Assembly: GCA_013239625.1 (NCBI GenBank)
Contig: MU053504.1
Location: forward strand, 124,001 to 186,000
Length of the DNA stretch: 62,000 bases
DNA from: Lama guanicoe
Lineage: Eukaryota
Direction of reading: 5' to 3'
Of the stretch, positions 13,600-25,050 are shown in pieces. Position 1 is the first letter of the stretch; each line of letters begins with the position of its first letter. Under the pieces are notes generated by a model. It was given only the letters and a program-made list of their open reading frames with translations. It did not search any database and was not told where the DNA came from. Made by a program: the position numbers and the translations under genes.

Positions 13600-13815
13600 T
13601 AGGGGCCTGGGTGCATTGTGGCGTCAAGTCATTAGCATGCAAATGACATGCAAATGGATGCAAAACAGCATGTTTTATGCTAATTTGCAGAGTCGAGAGC
13701 GACGACATTTTTGGTAATAGGGCAGCAGTCCTGGTCCCTGGGCATTGCCGAACACGCATCCTTTTTTTCTTTCTTTCTTTCATTATTATGATCGGGCCCA
13801 TAAATCTTGGTTTGG
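13600..13815. promoter_or_regulatory. Putative enhancer: clustered POU octamer motifs plus SOX and homeodomain motifs
   Basis: CATTGTG 13614, ATTAGCAT 13631, ATGCAAAT 13637 and 13648, ATGCAAAA 13658, ATGCTAAT 13677 and ATTTGCAG 13683, all in non-repetitive DNA with retained CpGs. Confidence 0.7.
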
Positions 13816-14709
13816 CTGTGATCCTGCTCCTTCTCTCCTGCAAACCTGGCTCTTGTCACCCTCAAGGGCTCCTCCCCAGTCTCCTGCTCCTGCCTGGGCC
13901 CAGGGACAAGCCTGGGCAGTGGGTCAGAGAACTAGGACTCAAGAGCCACCAGTCAGCTCCAGAGGGTGAGCCAGTCCTGGAAGCTGCTTCTTGGGGAGGG
14001 GGTCTTGGTGGGAGTCGGATGGGACTTGGGGCCAGGGCAGCCAGTCCTCTGTGTCGACTGGCTTGTGGACATCTGAGACATGCCCCTCAGATCTCCGCAA
14101 AGCTGTCCCTAACCCCGGTTTTGGCATGTCCCCTGAGGTCCCATGGCCACTGTGGCTTCCATGCAACTGTCCATTTTGGGCCAGCGAGCCTCACAGGGTG
14201 AGCCACTCACAAAGGGCAGGGCTGGTCCTTTTCCCATCAGGATGCCTAGTACCTGGGACACAGGTTCCAGATGTGTTTGGTGTTGGAGGACTGAAGCAAT
14301 ATACAGAGACCTGGCTGGGTACCTGGGTCAGCTTGCAGGTTCAGAAACTACGTAGCTTGAATTCAAATCTGGACACCTCTACTTTCTGAGAAAATAGGGG
14401 TACTCATAACTAACAGTAATTGCATTTCCACACCTACCAGGTTCCAGGTGCTTTGCTTTGTGCTTGCTGTTTATGCGCCTGTGTATCCTCTTAGGTGAGT
14501 ATTATTATGGCTCCCACTGTATGGAGGAGAGATCAAATGACTTGCCCAAGGTTACATCCTCAGAGAAATGACTTAAGAGGCATTTATATTTACTGGGGAT
14601 GAGCCCCTTACCAGGCAGTGGCTCTAAGCCACTCAGCAAAGCTGCAGGGAACCAGAGCTTCTACCTGCGTCATCAGCCAACCTTTTAACAGGGTTAAACT
14701 TTACCTGTA

Positions 14710-15236
14710 CCTTGTGCTCCTAGGAAACATGGATGGTCAAGAAATTCCCCCAGCCTTGTTTTCTGCAATTCTTCTACTCTCTTGTGTTCCGGGAAATGGC
14801 TTACCGAAAGCCAAGACTGTCCCAATAAGACTTAGATCAGACTCTGTCCATCTTTCTCATGGCTCCCATAAGACTCGAGATGACTCCCTTGTTTGTGACA
14901 TTTCCCCTACAGCCTGAATTTGCTGGTAAGGCCAGACAAAGACCTTCCCCTTCCCATTCTTTGTCTCATGGTTGATTAGCTGAGATTAGAACTGTCCCAT
15001 CTGAAACTTAGACACAGAGATAAAGATTTCCTGTTCTGCTGATTGAGGTGACTTCCGTTGATTGTGAGACAATCTTGACTCTAAATCCCCCCACCTGTAA
15101 CCTGTTCTCTCCACCCTATAAATTTCTAACCAGCCATGCCTAGACACAGTGATCTTGGTATTGTGGGTTCTCTCCCTATTGCCAGAGCTTGAATAAAATC
15201 GTCTCTCCTATTGTCCAGTGTATTTTGTCCTCGACG
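14710..15236 (+). mobile_element. Solo ERV-type LTR next to the CpG island
   Basis: TATA-like CTATAAA at about 15116, AATAAA at about 15192, and a U5-like gtgtattttgtcctcgac end. Boundaries are approximate. Confidence 0.6.
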
Positions 15237-15299
15237 CTTTCCACCTAAGGCTCCAGGCCCTTTAAGGGCCTGGTGTGTGACCTTGGATCACTTCCTGGA

Positions 15300-16103
15300 G
15301 CATCTCTGTGCCCTGCGCTTCTCTGCCGCAGAGAACGCTCACCGGCCCTACCTCCTCGGGTTGAGATGGGAGATCACGCCAGGAAACGCTTGGCGCAAAG
15401 CCTGGCACCGAGTGAACGCTCCAGAAATGTCAACCATTGTGCGTGCAGGAGAGGCGAGCGGCGCTCTGAGACTGGACGGGACCTACCAGGGGACACTCGG
15501 CGGCGGAAGTGGCAGTGGAAAGCACGTCTGGCAGCCTCTGCCCGCCCTCCCCCGCCTGGGGTGTCCTGTGTCCTTTCCCCCCGCGTCCCCCGGATCGCAA
15601 GCTGGGGCGGGGGGCACATTCCCTACTCCCGCCCTCCCCGTCACCCGCCTTTGATTGTGGCGAGCAGCGACTCGCAGAGCAAATTAACTTTTTGCACACT
15701 TCATTATGCGCCGCCCCGCGTCCCCCGGGGCCGCGGCCCCGCCCCCGCCCCGCGCCGACAACTTGATTGGGCAATTAATCTTCGCGCCCCCCGCACCCCC
15801 GCCCGGCCGGGCCTTTGTGCGCCTGATCGCCGGCCGCGGGCGCTCGCCCGGCCGCCCGGTCTGCTCGCGCTGATAAGGCGCCCGCGCCGCCGGGCCCCCG
15901 CCTTTGTCAGGGCGCAGGGAGGCGCGGCCGCCGCTGCCGTCTCGCACCCCGTCAGCGCGCCCCCGCCCCATCTCGGTCCATCTGTTTGAGCTTCACAATC
16001 CTCCAGCGGCCGGGGCGGGGGGAGGGGTCTCTCTCCGGCAGGGAGCCAGCACCCCCCTCCACCCGGCCGCCCCCTCTGTGAGGAGTGATCCCCCCAGTCC
16101 CCG

Positions 16104-16155
<52 letters not shown>

Positions 16156-16290
16156 CGCCCAATTAAGCAGCGCGGTAGTAATTAAGGGGGGGCGCTAGGC
16201 ACAGAAGCAGTCTAAGGATTGGGGAGGGGCCTTCCAGCAGTGTCCAAAAAGAGGGGACCCGGCCACCTACGCTGTACCCAGGTGTGTAAC
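15300..16290. promoter_or_regulatory. Orphan CpG island with GC boxes, a CCAAT box and homeobox/TCF/SOX motifs
   Basis: Very GC- and CpG-rich. CCTTTGAT 15648, ATTGG 15766, CAATTAA 15772 and 16160, TAATTAA 16179, and repeated CCCCGCCC. No recognisable coding exon. Confidence 0.8.
16106..16153. repeat. (AC)24 microsatellite
   Basis: Perfect 48-nt dinucleotide run. Confidence 0.97.
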
Positions 16291-18259
16291 GCCTGGTTTC
16301 AGGCTTGGGGGTCTACAGGCTCCAATGGCTGAGGTGGAGGGTAGGCGGGGGAGGGAGAGTCCCTGGGAATTTGCCCGATAAATCCTGCCTCTGTGCATTT
16401 TTCTGGGATTTTGCTAGTAGTTGACCCAGCCTCAGAAAGACAGCGTGTGATTCCTGTAATATTGAGAACCAGGATCCTAAATGGAGGGTAAATGCGGGGA
16501 TATTGTAGAGGCTGATAGCAGGGTGGTTTTCAAAGGGGTTCAGAAAGTGCGCTTCACTCACTGTGTGAGGTTGTGTAAGTGTCAAGTAACAGCTCTGTGC
16601 CCAGGGGTGGTGGAGGTGATGGGCTGAATGCTGGGCACCCAGCATGCGCTGCTCACGAGTGTTGGTTCTTGGTATTTTCTGTGGTTTTCTCTGGACAGGC
16701 ACAGGGGCAGGGCTGGAATCTGATGGATGAAAGATGGTGCTGGAAACAGATTCTTGCGTTTCCTCCTGTGCCCGGGCCAGTGGCGTAGAGATTGGTGTCT
16801 GACCACTGGCACAAAACTTGTGGTCTGTGCAGAGCTTGGGGCTGGTGTGTATGTTCCTTGGGAAGTGTCCGTACCAGTGTGTGAGGGGTGTGAGTTTTGT
16901 TTGGGTAGAGGATTCACAGCCTTCACTGTTTCTCACGAGAGGGGTGTGACCCAGTGTGCACAGAGTCCCTGTGTACAGGGCTGGAAAAGCAGCTTCATCC
17001 ATGCGAGCCACCAGTAATGCTGACTGAACACTCAGTGTATGCGGAGTCACAGGAACACCCGGAGGTGCTAAGACAGCAAAAGCAGAGCAGAGCTGTTGGT
17101 TGCCCTCACCGACTCACAGTCTAGTTTGGGAGCTGGATGGGAAAGAAGATAAACACATAAGTCATGAGGTTCAGTGGGTGATACGAGCTGTAAATAAAAA
17201 CAAAGCAGAACAACTGATTTGATGTGGAGCCCACTTGCTGGACACCCCCACCCCCGCTGGGGTGCTCTATTGCCAGGGCAGTGAGGGCTCCACTTCTGGA
17301 CCTAGAGACCTAGACAGCCCTGACGCGATGCAGTCTATCTCCCCACTACCTAGGACTCAGCCTCCCCAGCCAGTTTTGTGGCCATGGGGCAGGGTCCCTG
17401 CCATGATGAGCAGGCCTCAGGCTGCTGCAGCCTCCCCCTTATTTCTGTGCAGGTGGTGGTGGTGGTTCCCTCTGATAATGACAGTCTCCAGTCTTGCATG
17501 ACTGAGAGGCCTCGCGGGTTTATAGTCCAGAAGGGGCCCCGTGAGCAGGAGCTGAATTAAAATGAAGAAATATAGCCCCCTCCCACTCTACCCCCTTCTC
17601 ACTCCCCTCATTCCCACAGCCCCTGAGGCCATGGGTGGATAGTTTCTCAGTCTCTTTGCCTTGCTGAGCTGAGTTAGTGAGATGGATATACACCTCCTTA
17701 TGGGCACTAAAGTTAGGGGACACCTAGAACCAGCAAGTGGAATAAAAGAAAGCACTGTTTTGACTCTGAACGTATACACACCAAGTTTAGATCCCTTGTC
17801 AACTCTGGTCCCTGCTTCTGATGTTCCGGCTCTAAACATCCCAGAATTCTAACATTGTAGACTCTGACTTTCTAGAATATTAACATCCTATGCATCTTAC
17901 ATGAGCGTTCTGGATTTCTACTCTTATGTTGTGGAATTCTGGGGCTCCAATATTGATTTTGTTGGGGTCTACTCATTGAAATAACAATAAAGACTATATG
18001 CAGAGTCACATGGTACTAGTCATAATAATAGCAACTAACAATCTTTCAATCATGTTTTTATTCAACAAGTTTTTTTTGGTTGGTGGTTTGAGAACCTTCT
18101 AAGTGCCAGACACTGTTCTTTGATTATACAAATAAACTTGAATAAATAAATAGATATACAAATAAATATTTTGTTAGAAGGTAAGTGTTCAGGAGAGAGG
18201 GGTAGAGAGTGAGGGAGAGCAATTAAAATTGATGGTCAAGGTGAGATGCACTGGTAATA

Positions 18260-20350
18260 TTTGATTTTCTATTTGTTCTTTCGTTTATCGAGATTTGAAA
18301 TCTCACTCAGTCTATAATTGTAGATTTATTTCTCCTTGCAGGTCTATCAGTTTTTGCTTTATGTATTTTGGATCTCTGCCATTAAAATTAAACCATTTAA
18401 AACTGTTATATGTTCTTGATTAATCTGCCTCTTACTCATTATGAAATGACCTTACCTTATCCCTGGTAAGATTCTTTGTTCTGAAATAAACTTTGCTTGA
18501 TATGAAACTAGCCACTCTAATGTCCTTTTGATTAGTGTTAGTATGAAATATCTTTTTCCATTCTAGTACTTTTAACTTGTGTCTTTATATTTAAAGGCTT
18601 TTTTTTTTTTTGGTAGGTGGCATGTATTTGGGTCTTTATAAAAATCCAATCTGACCATCTCTGCTTTTTAATTGGGGCTGTTTAGACCATTTACATTTAA
18701 TGTGATTATTGATATGGTTAGATTTAAGTCTATTATCTTGCTATTTGTTTTCTTTTTGTCCTGTATCTCTTTGTTTCCTTTTTCTTCTTTTTCTGCCTCA
18801 TTTGTGATTAACTGAGCATTTTTCATCCTCCCATTTTACCTCCTTTATTGGTTTATTAGCTATAATTCCTCATGTTGTTATTTCAGTGGTTGCATTAGAA
18901 TTTATAGTATATATCTCTAATTCCCGTCATGTCCAATAAGAAATTTGCCATTATCCTTACCTTTGTTCCTCTGTACAGACATGTCTTTTCTCTCTCACTG
19001 TTTTTTAAATATTTTCTTCTTCGTCACTGGTTTTGAACAATTTGATCATAAAGGATAATTTTCTTCCTGTTTCTTGTGCTTGAGGTTTGTTAAGCTTCTT
19101 CTATCTGTGTTTTAGTTTTTAGTTTACGTCATATTTGGAACATTTTAAGCCATCCTTTAGCCATTCTTTTTCAAATATTTCCTTTCCTTTAGGGACCTCA
19201 ATTTCACATATATTAGACTGTCTGAAGTTGTTCCACAGCTCTTGATACTTTTGTTTTTATTTTATTATTTTTTCCTCTTTGTGTGTTCCATTTTGAATAG
19301 TTTCTCTTTGTTGTGTCTTCAAATTTGCTAATCTTTTCTTCTGCTGTGTTTAGTGGGCCATTAATCCCAGCGTATTTTTCATTTCAGACATTGCAGTTTT
19401 CATTTCTAGAAGTTTAAGTTGGATCTCTTTATATCTTCCATGTATCGCTTTAATTTTGGAGCATATAGAATACAGTTTTAATCATTGTTTATGTTCTTGT
19501 CCACTATTTCTTTGTCAGTTCTGGGTTTCAACTGATTCATTATTCTCCTCTTTATGAGCCATGCTTTCTTGCTTCTTTGCATGCCTGCAATCTTTGGATG
19601 CCAGATGTTGTGAATTTTGCTTTTGTTGGATGCTGTATGTTTTTGTATTTCTATTAAGTCTCTTTGACTTTTGCTCTGAGATTCAGTTAGGTTACGGAAA
19701 CACTTTGATCCTTTCAAATCTCGCTTTTATGATTTGTTGAATGTGGCAGAGCAGTGCTCTGTTTAGGGCTAATTCTTTACCAATACTGAGAAGTATACTT
19801 TCCTAAATACTCTAACTATTGACCCATGACTTATAATTTTTTTTTCCCATTTGGCACTATATTTGGTCCAGTGTGACTGCTAGGCACTGCTCTCATATTT
19901 ACCCATGTTTTTACCAGTCCCAGAGAAGTTCTATCACACAAAACCGCCAACCAGTGCTCAGCCTAATACTCTAGGGGTACTTTCTGCAGATCTCTGGAAT
20001 TCTCTCTGCTTAGCTCTCTCCTCTCTGATACTCTGTCCCTCAAGTTCTGCTCTCCTTGGTCTTCCCAGATTCTTCAGCTGCATTTTGTTAACTCAGAGTC
20101 TTCTGGGCTTCACCCGCTCCCTGTACTAGGGTCTGGAAACGCCTCCCAGGCAGTAAACCTGGGCAGTGAGAGGGCTCACACTGCTTACTTCTCATCGCTC
20201 AGGGATCAATCCTCTTCATTGCCTGATGCCCAGTGTCTTGAAAACTGTCATTTCATGTATTTTTCCTGGGTGTTTGTTTGTTTTGTTTTTTGTAGTTGTT
20301 TCAAGTGGGAGAGTAAATTCAGTTCCTATTACTTCATCTTGGGTGAGAGC
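18260..20350 (-). mobile_element. Old L1 (L1M-type) fragments covering the 5'/ORF1/EN regions
   Basis: Long T-rich antisense L1 sequence (tttagaccatttacatttaatgtgattattgatatggtt; ggatgccagatgttgtgaattt), inserted into L2 sequence. Confidence 0.75.
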
Positions 20351-20359
20351 AGACATCAG

Positions 20360-21165
20360 AAGGGAACCTTTGAACACAGACTCAAAGGAGGTGATGGAGT
20401 GAACCATGGGGCTATAGGGATGGTGGGGAAGAATAGGATTCCAGGTAGTAGGAACAGCCATGTACAATGGTCTGTGCATGAGTACCTGAGAGTGTGCCTC
20501 AGTGAGGAACAGAAAGAAGCCAGTATGTCTGGAGCAGGGGATGCTAGAGGAGGTAGGGGGTAGGAGAGTGGATGAGGTGCCCCATGTTTAGGACCATCCA
20601 GGCCACGATAAGAACTTTGGCTTTTATACCAAATGAGATGGGAGCTATGGGAGGGTTTGACAGAGGAGGAACATCTTTTGATTTACATTTTATAGGGTCT
20701 CTGAATTGACCGAATTAACTGAAAGGGGCAAGAGTGAAAGCTTGAGAAAGCCAGGAACTGATGCACTAAATCAGGTGAGAGATGATGGTGACTCAGACAC
20801 ATAAGAGGACACACTGTTAAGGGGTATTAACTACGAGGGGGTAGGAGGGAGGCTTCTGGGGATGCTGTCAGTGTTCTATGTCTTGATCTGGGTGGACATT
20901 ACATCATGTGCTCACTGTGTGAAGATTCACTGAGCTGGATGTACATCTCCAGTTGTGTTCTCTCTACATGAAATGTAATACATCAATTTAGAAAGTAGAG
21001 TAAAGAATGAGGGTGACTTGGACCAGGCTGTTATCATTGGAGGTGGGGAGATGTAGGGAAATTCTGTCTCTCTTTTATAGGCAAATCCAACAAGATTTGA
21101 GGATAGATCTAATGTTAGATGTGAGAGAAAGAAAAGGGTCCAGGATAATGCCCTGGGTGGGTTTG
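20360..21165 (-). mobile_element. L2 fragments (with a small L1 3' piece at about 20810-21000)
   Basis: aagaactttggcttttataccaaatgagatgggagctatgggagggtttga; caggtgagagatgatggtgact. Confidence 0.65.
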
Positions 21166-21169
21166 AGAA

Positions 21170-21492
21170 TCTCTTTTTTCCATGAGGAGAATAGTTTATG
21201 TGATGGATTCTGGAGCTATGGGTGGTCACCTTTGCCTCCATGAGGTTAGAACCTCCCTCAGAGTGAAAACAATGAAGAAATCAAAGCCAAGATGGGAGGG
21301 AGAAACAGGATCCTCACAATAACATGTCAGCACCTTGATCCAGCCATGCCTAAAGCCAGTGCTCTGGACTTCTCGTTTTATAAATTTCTATAAATTTTTG
21401 TAAAATTTTCTATAAAAATTTCTATGAAATTTTAATAAATTTCAGTAATTTTTTTTCTTTCTTTGACTTGTAACTGAAGAGTCCGGACTGAT
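21170..21492 (+). mobile_element. MLT1-type LTR fragment with an internal AT-rich tandem repeat
   Basis: ccttgatccagccatgcctaaagccagtgctctggacttctc...gacttgtaactgaagagtccggactgataca. Confidence 0.6.
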
Positions 21493-22905
21493 ACAAACTT
21501 TTCACATGCTCTCCTCTGTCTGCACCATCCCAGAGACCCTGTATAGAAACCATATACTTTCCTTTCAACACCTACTCTGCATTCTCTTTCCTCTGGACCT
21601 TTTTTTCCCTTCCCAACATGACCTTCTTTCCCTTGCCTCCTGCCTTTACACTAAAACTATCCTCTTGTTCAAATCCATCCTGACTCCACCAGCCAAAAGT
21701 TGGAGCTGACAGGGCCTTTAGACACCAACTCTCTACCCCTACTCCCATTTTATGGATGGAAATACTGAGGTTATGCTGTGAGATATGCGCAGATTTGGGT
21801 CAGGGCTTCAGGATCCTGACTCCCTCAGGGGCCTTCCATGATCCTCCCTGTTCAACCTTTTCAGTCTTCACCGTTGCTCAGGGCTGAACAGAACTCTCCA
21901 CAGCAGTTTACACTGTCTCACACTGCTGGCCTTTGCATGTGTTCTTTCCTCAGTTTGGGATGTCTTATGCCACCCTGTCCTTCTGGAAAAGTTCCCACTT
22001 GACTCAAGGACCAGAATTCTGGAAGCCTCCCTTTATTCCCAGGGTGGGTCAATGTCCTACCAGTTACTCCCCCCGCGGCCCCTGGAACCTGCAGGAACCC
22101 GTTCATGCTTCAAGTTGTGGGTGTCTGTTTCCTGTCTGCCTCACCTTTTGGGCAGGGAAGCTGTGGTGGTTTTTCTGGCAAAGAAGGTTCCCAGTGAGTG
22201 TCTCTTAACCAACAAACACTGAGTGAGAAAAAGCACTGCCAGGGAGAAGAACCAGCCCTGGGCTTGGAGGCAGGAGGTCCGAGCTGCCATCCAGCCCAAC
22301 CCCACGCTCTCTAGCTCTGTGGCCTCAGGCAAGTCCTGTCCTTTCGCAGAGCCTCAGATTTTTCCCCAGTAAAGACATCATAGTGGTTAAAACCTCAGCT
22401 GCCTGACTTCTAATCCTGGCTGTGTGACCTTGGGCAGATGATTTAAACTCTGGCCTCAGTCTCATTTGCAAAACCAGGATAATAAATGTACTCACTTTGT
22501 AGGGTATTTGTGAGCATTAAATGACTGAATATAAAGTTTTTAGAATTACATTGGCACATCGTATAAAAATCCCCAAATGTTAACCATTAAACAGAAGAAA
22601 CCCTTGCCTTCTTCCTGAGAGGAGATGAGAGGTTAGCAAACCGTCAAGTGCTGTAAGAGTAGACTAGGATTACTCTTACTGGGTAAACTGCCTGGGAAAG
22701 GCTGGTCCTGACACTAACTAGTTGCATGTCCTTGAAGAAATCCCCTCTCTGGGCCTCAAATCCCCCATCTATAAAATGAAGGGGTTGTTTTAGGGCAGTT
22801 AGAGCTGAAGTATTGGCCCTTCTGAGGCTAGTGACCGTATGTGTGGACTGGGGCTGCTAACTGCATGTCTGTCACAGGCTCCTGAAGAGGATGACATCAG
22901 ACAGT

Positions 22906-23413
22906 TGAGACAGGATGGAAGGGGGCAGGGCACAGCCATTAAAAGAATGACACAGCAACTGAGGATAGGTTAACAGGTTAGAACCAAGATGGCGGAAGAT
23001 TCGCTTCCAGTAGATCTTGAGCCCCACTGCGCCCCCACAGGCGGCATGGCAGTCTCTAGGCTGACCATAAAAGGTCCAAAAATGGGCAGGGCCCAATTCC
23101 TGGGAATCCCTGCCCCTTCCCCCAAATAGTTGGAATAATCCCCCCACTCGTTAGCATAGGAAAGTACCGAGCCCATAAAAACTAACAACCCTGCACCTTG
23201 CGGTCGCTCTCTCTGTTGCCTTCAGAGACTGCCTGCACTCAGTCTGTGGAGTGTGTATCTATCTCCCTGGATAAATCTACTTTCACTCTATTGTGGCTCA
23301 CTCTTGAATTCTTTTCCTGTGCAAAGCCAAGAACCCTCACTTGCTGGGGTGCATCCCAGGGACTTGCCTGAGACCTGGGACATGGCCATCCTCTCCCACT
23401 CCATTTTCCTGCA
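22906..23413 (+). mobile_element. Relatively young solo ERV LTR (508 bp)
   Basis: TG...CA termini flanked by the perfect direct repeat ACAGT (22901-22905 and 23414-23418). TATA-like CCATAAAAA at about 23173, a GATAAA poly(A) variant at about 23270, and a YY1 motif at 22985. Confidence 0.8.
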
Positions 23414-24654
23414 ACAGTGTCTCGGAGCACATGTCAGCCATGCCTGCCACACACTGAGTGCTCAGTAAATGTGCCTGTCGTTACTGCCACTGTTAGTCTG
23501 GCCTGGACAGTCCAGGGTTCTCTGAGATGGGGCTGGACAGAGGATGAACTGGACACCCATAAAATATCACCCTACTTGTAGTTTAGAAAAGCAAAAGCAA
23601 CTGTGTGACCTCTGGCCAGCGTCTGCCTGTCTCTGAGCCTTATCTCCTGGGTGGTGGCATCAGTGAGGATCATGCCTAATGGAGAAAGAAGAAGGCGGCA
23701 CCAGCATGCCCCAGGGACAGGCTGTGGCTGCTTTGTGAGCCTACGAAGGCCTTGAATCTTTCAGGGCCAACAATATCCCTGCCACATGTGACCATCTCAA
23801 AATTGTCACCTGCTACCTGCTGGAGGCTGGGAGTGGGAGGCTGAGGTGGGAAGGTCTAAATCCTGGCTGCTCCTGTTTCTTGCTTTGTGACCTCGTGCAA
23901 GCCTCTGTGCCTGTCTGTCCCCCATTTCCTCACTTGTCACATGAAGAGACTTTGAGCACCTTAGATGGGAGAGGATGCTCCCAATGATGGGGTGGTGGTG
24001 GAGGGGGGCGATTGTTAACCTGGGCTGACAGGGAGGCCGGGAGTATGAACCATTCCCCTGGACCTTTCCCCACAGTAAGTAAGTAGCAGTTGGGAGCATA
24101 GAGGCCTCTCTCTGGGTCTTGCAGGTGGAGTGCAGACTGGCTGGCGGAGGCCTGGGGCTCATCTTGGGATGGAGACAGATTGGCAGACAAAGAGGAGGCA
24201 GGCGGGCGGGGCTGGGGTGCCCCTGGGGAGGCAAGGGAGAAGGAGGAGCAAGGAGCAGGAGGAAATAAGGCAGTGCTGTGTGCAGCCTCACAAACCCAGG
24301 GACCTGCGAAGTCTCCAACTGGAGGTTGGACTGGACCCTTCGCCAGACGGGGTGGGGACAGGGGCTAGTTGGTTCAGCCCTTGGATTTTTGGAACTTGGC
24401 AGGTGGGGAATTGCTGAGCTGGTGATAAAACATTCTCCTCTTCCCACAGACCGCCCCCTCACCCGCAGCCCCTACCGCACTGCCACTATGATGTCTGAAC
24501 AATAGCTCTCTCTGACGTCAGGTCTCATAGTGGAGTGAGACTGTTTGGCCCCACCCCCAGGTCCGGGGAGTGGCGGGCCCTGAGGATGGGCATGTCTTAC
24601 AAGTTCCCTGGTGATGCTGTTGCTGCCAGTCCTGGGAACCACTGCTCTGGTGAG

Positions 24655-25050
24655 TGCCCTGTCAGTTTGGGCCCCCCAGGTGCAGACGCTGAGATGGAGC
24701 CAGGAGAGTAAGAGGTTTATGGGGGCCTGATGCCTGGGTAAGACAAAGGCGGGCAGAGCAGAACTGGAGGGAGAGCTGGAGACCACAAAGCAGGTCTGGC
24801 ACTGCCAACCCAACGGAGAGCTCTAGAGAAGAGCGCGCCCATCAGGGGAGCCCCACGCTGGGCAGAAGTGACCCGGCCATGCTTCCCCTGCTGGTTCGGA
24901 CATTGGCTGGGTTGGCCCTGGAAGAGCTTGGCCTCGGCTCAAAAGTTGAGGTGGTTCCTGAAGGTGCAGTTGGAGGCTGGAGGCTCACCACTCTCCTGGC
25001 ACCTGAAGGACAAGTTCTCTCTTGAAGGGGGACTGGGCACTCCTGCCATG
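24655..25050 (-). mobile_element. ERVL LTR16/LTR33-like fragment, preceded by a MER5-like end at about 24590-24650
   Basis: gggccccccaggtgcagacgctgagatggagccaggagagtaagaggtttatgggg resembles the LTR16 family. Confidence 0.5.

Noticed and set aside
15211..16185. Multiple long ORFs (up to 238 aa) in the CpG island, possibly an SCRT2 exon
   Set aside because: No SNAG domain, SCRATCH domain or C2H2 zinc fingers. The ORFs are low-complexity by-products of high GC content.
16313..17050. 245-aa minus-strand ORF
   Set aside because: It arises from TG/CA-biased sequence (His/Thr-rich), starts at a non-ATG codon and has no homology I recognise.
21326..21348. TCAGCACC half-site suggesting a REST/RE1 element
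   Set aside because: The right half (GGACAG) is missing and the site lies inside an MLT1 LTR. I saw no full RE1 in the window.
23806..24462. 218-aa minus-strand ORF
   Set aside because: Pro/Ser-rich, partly MIR-derived, non-ATG start, no domain.
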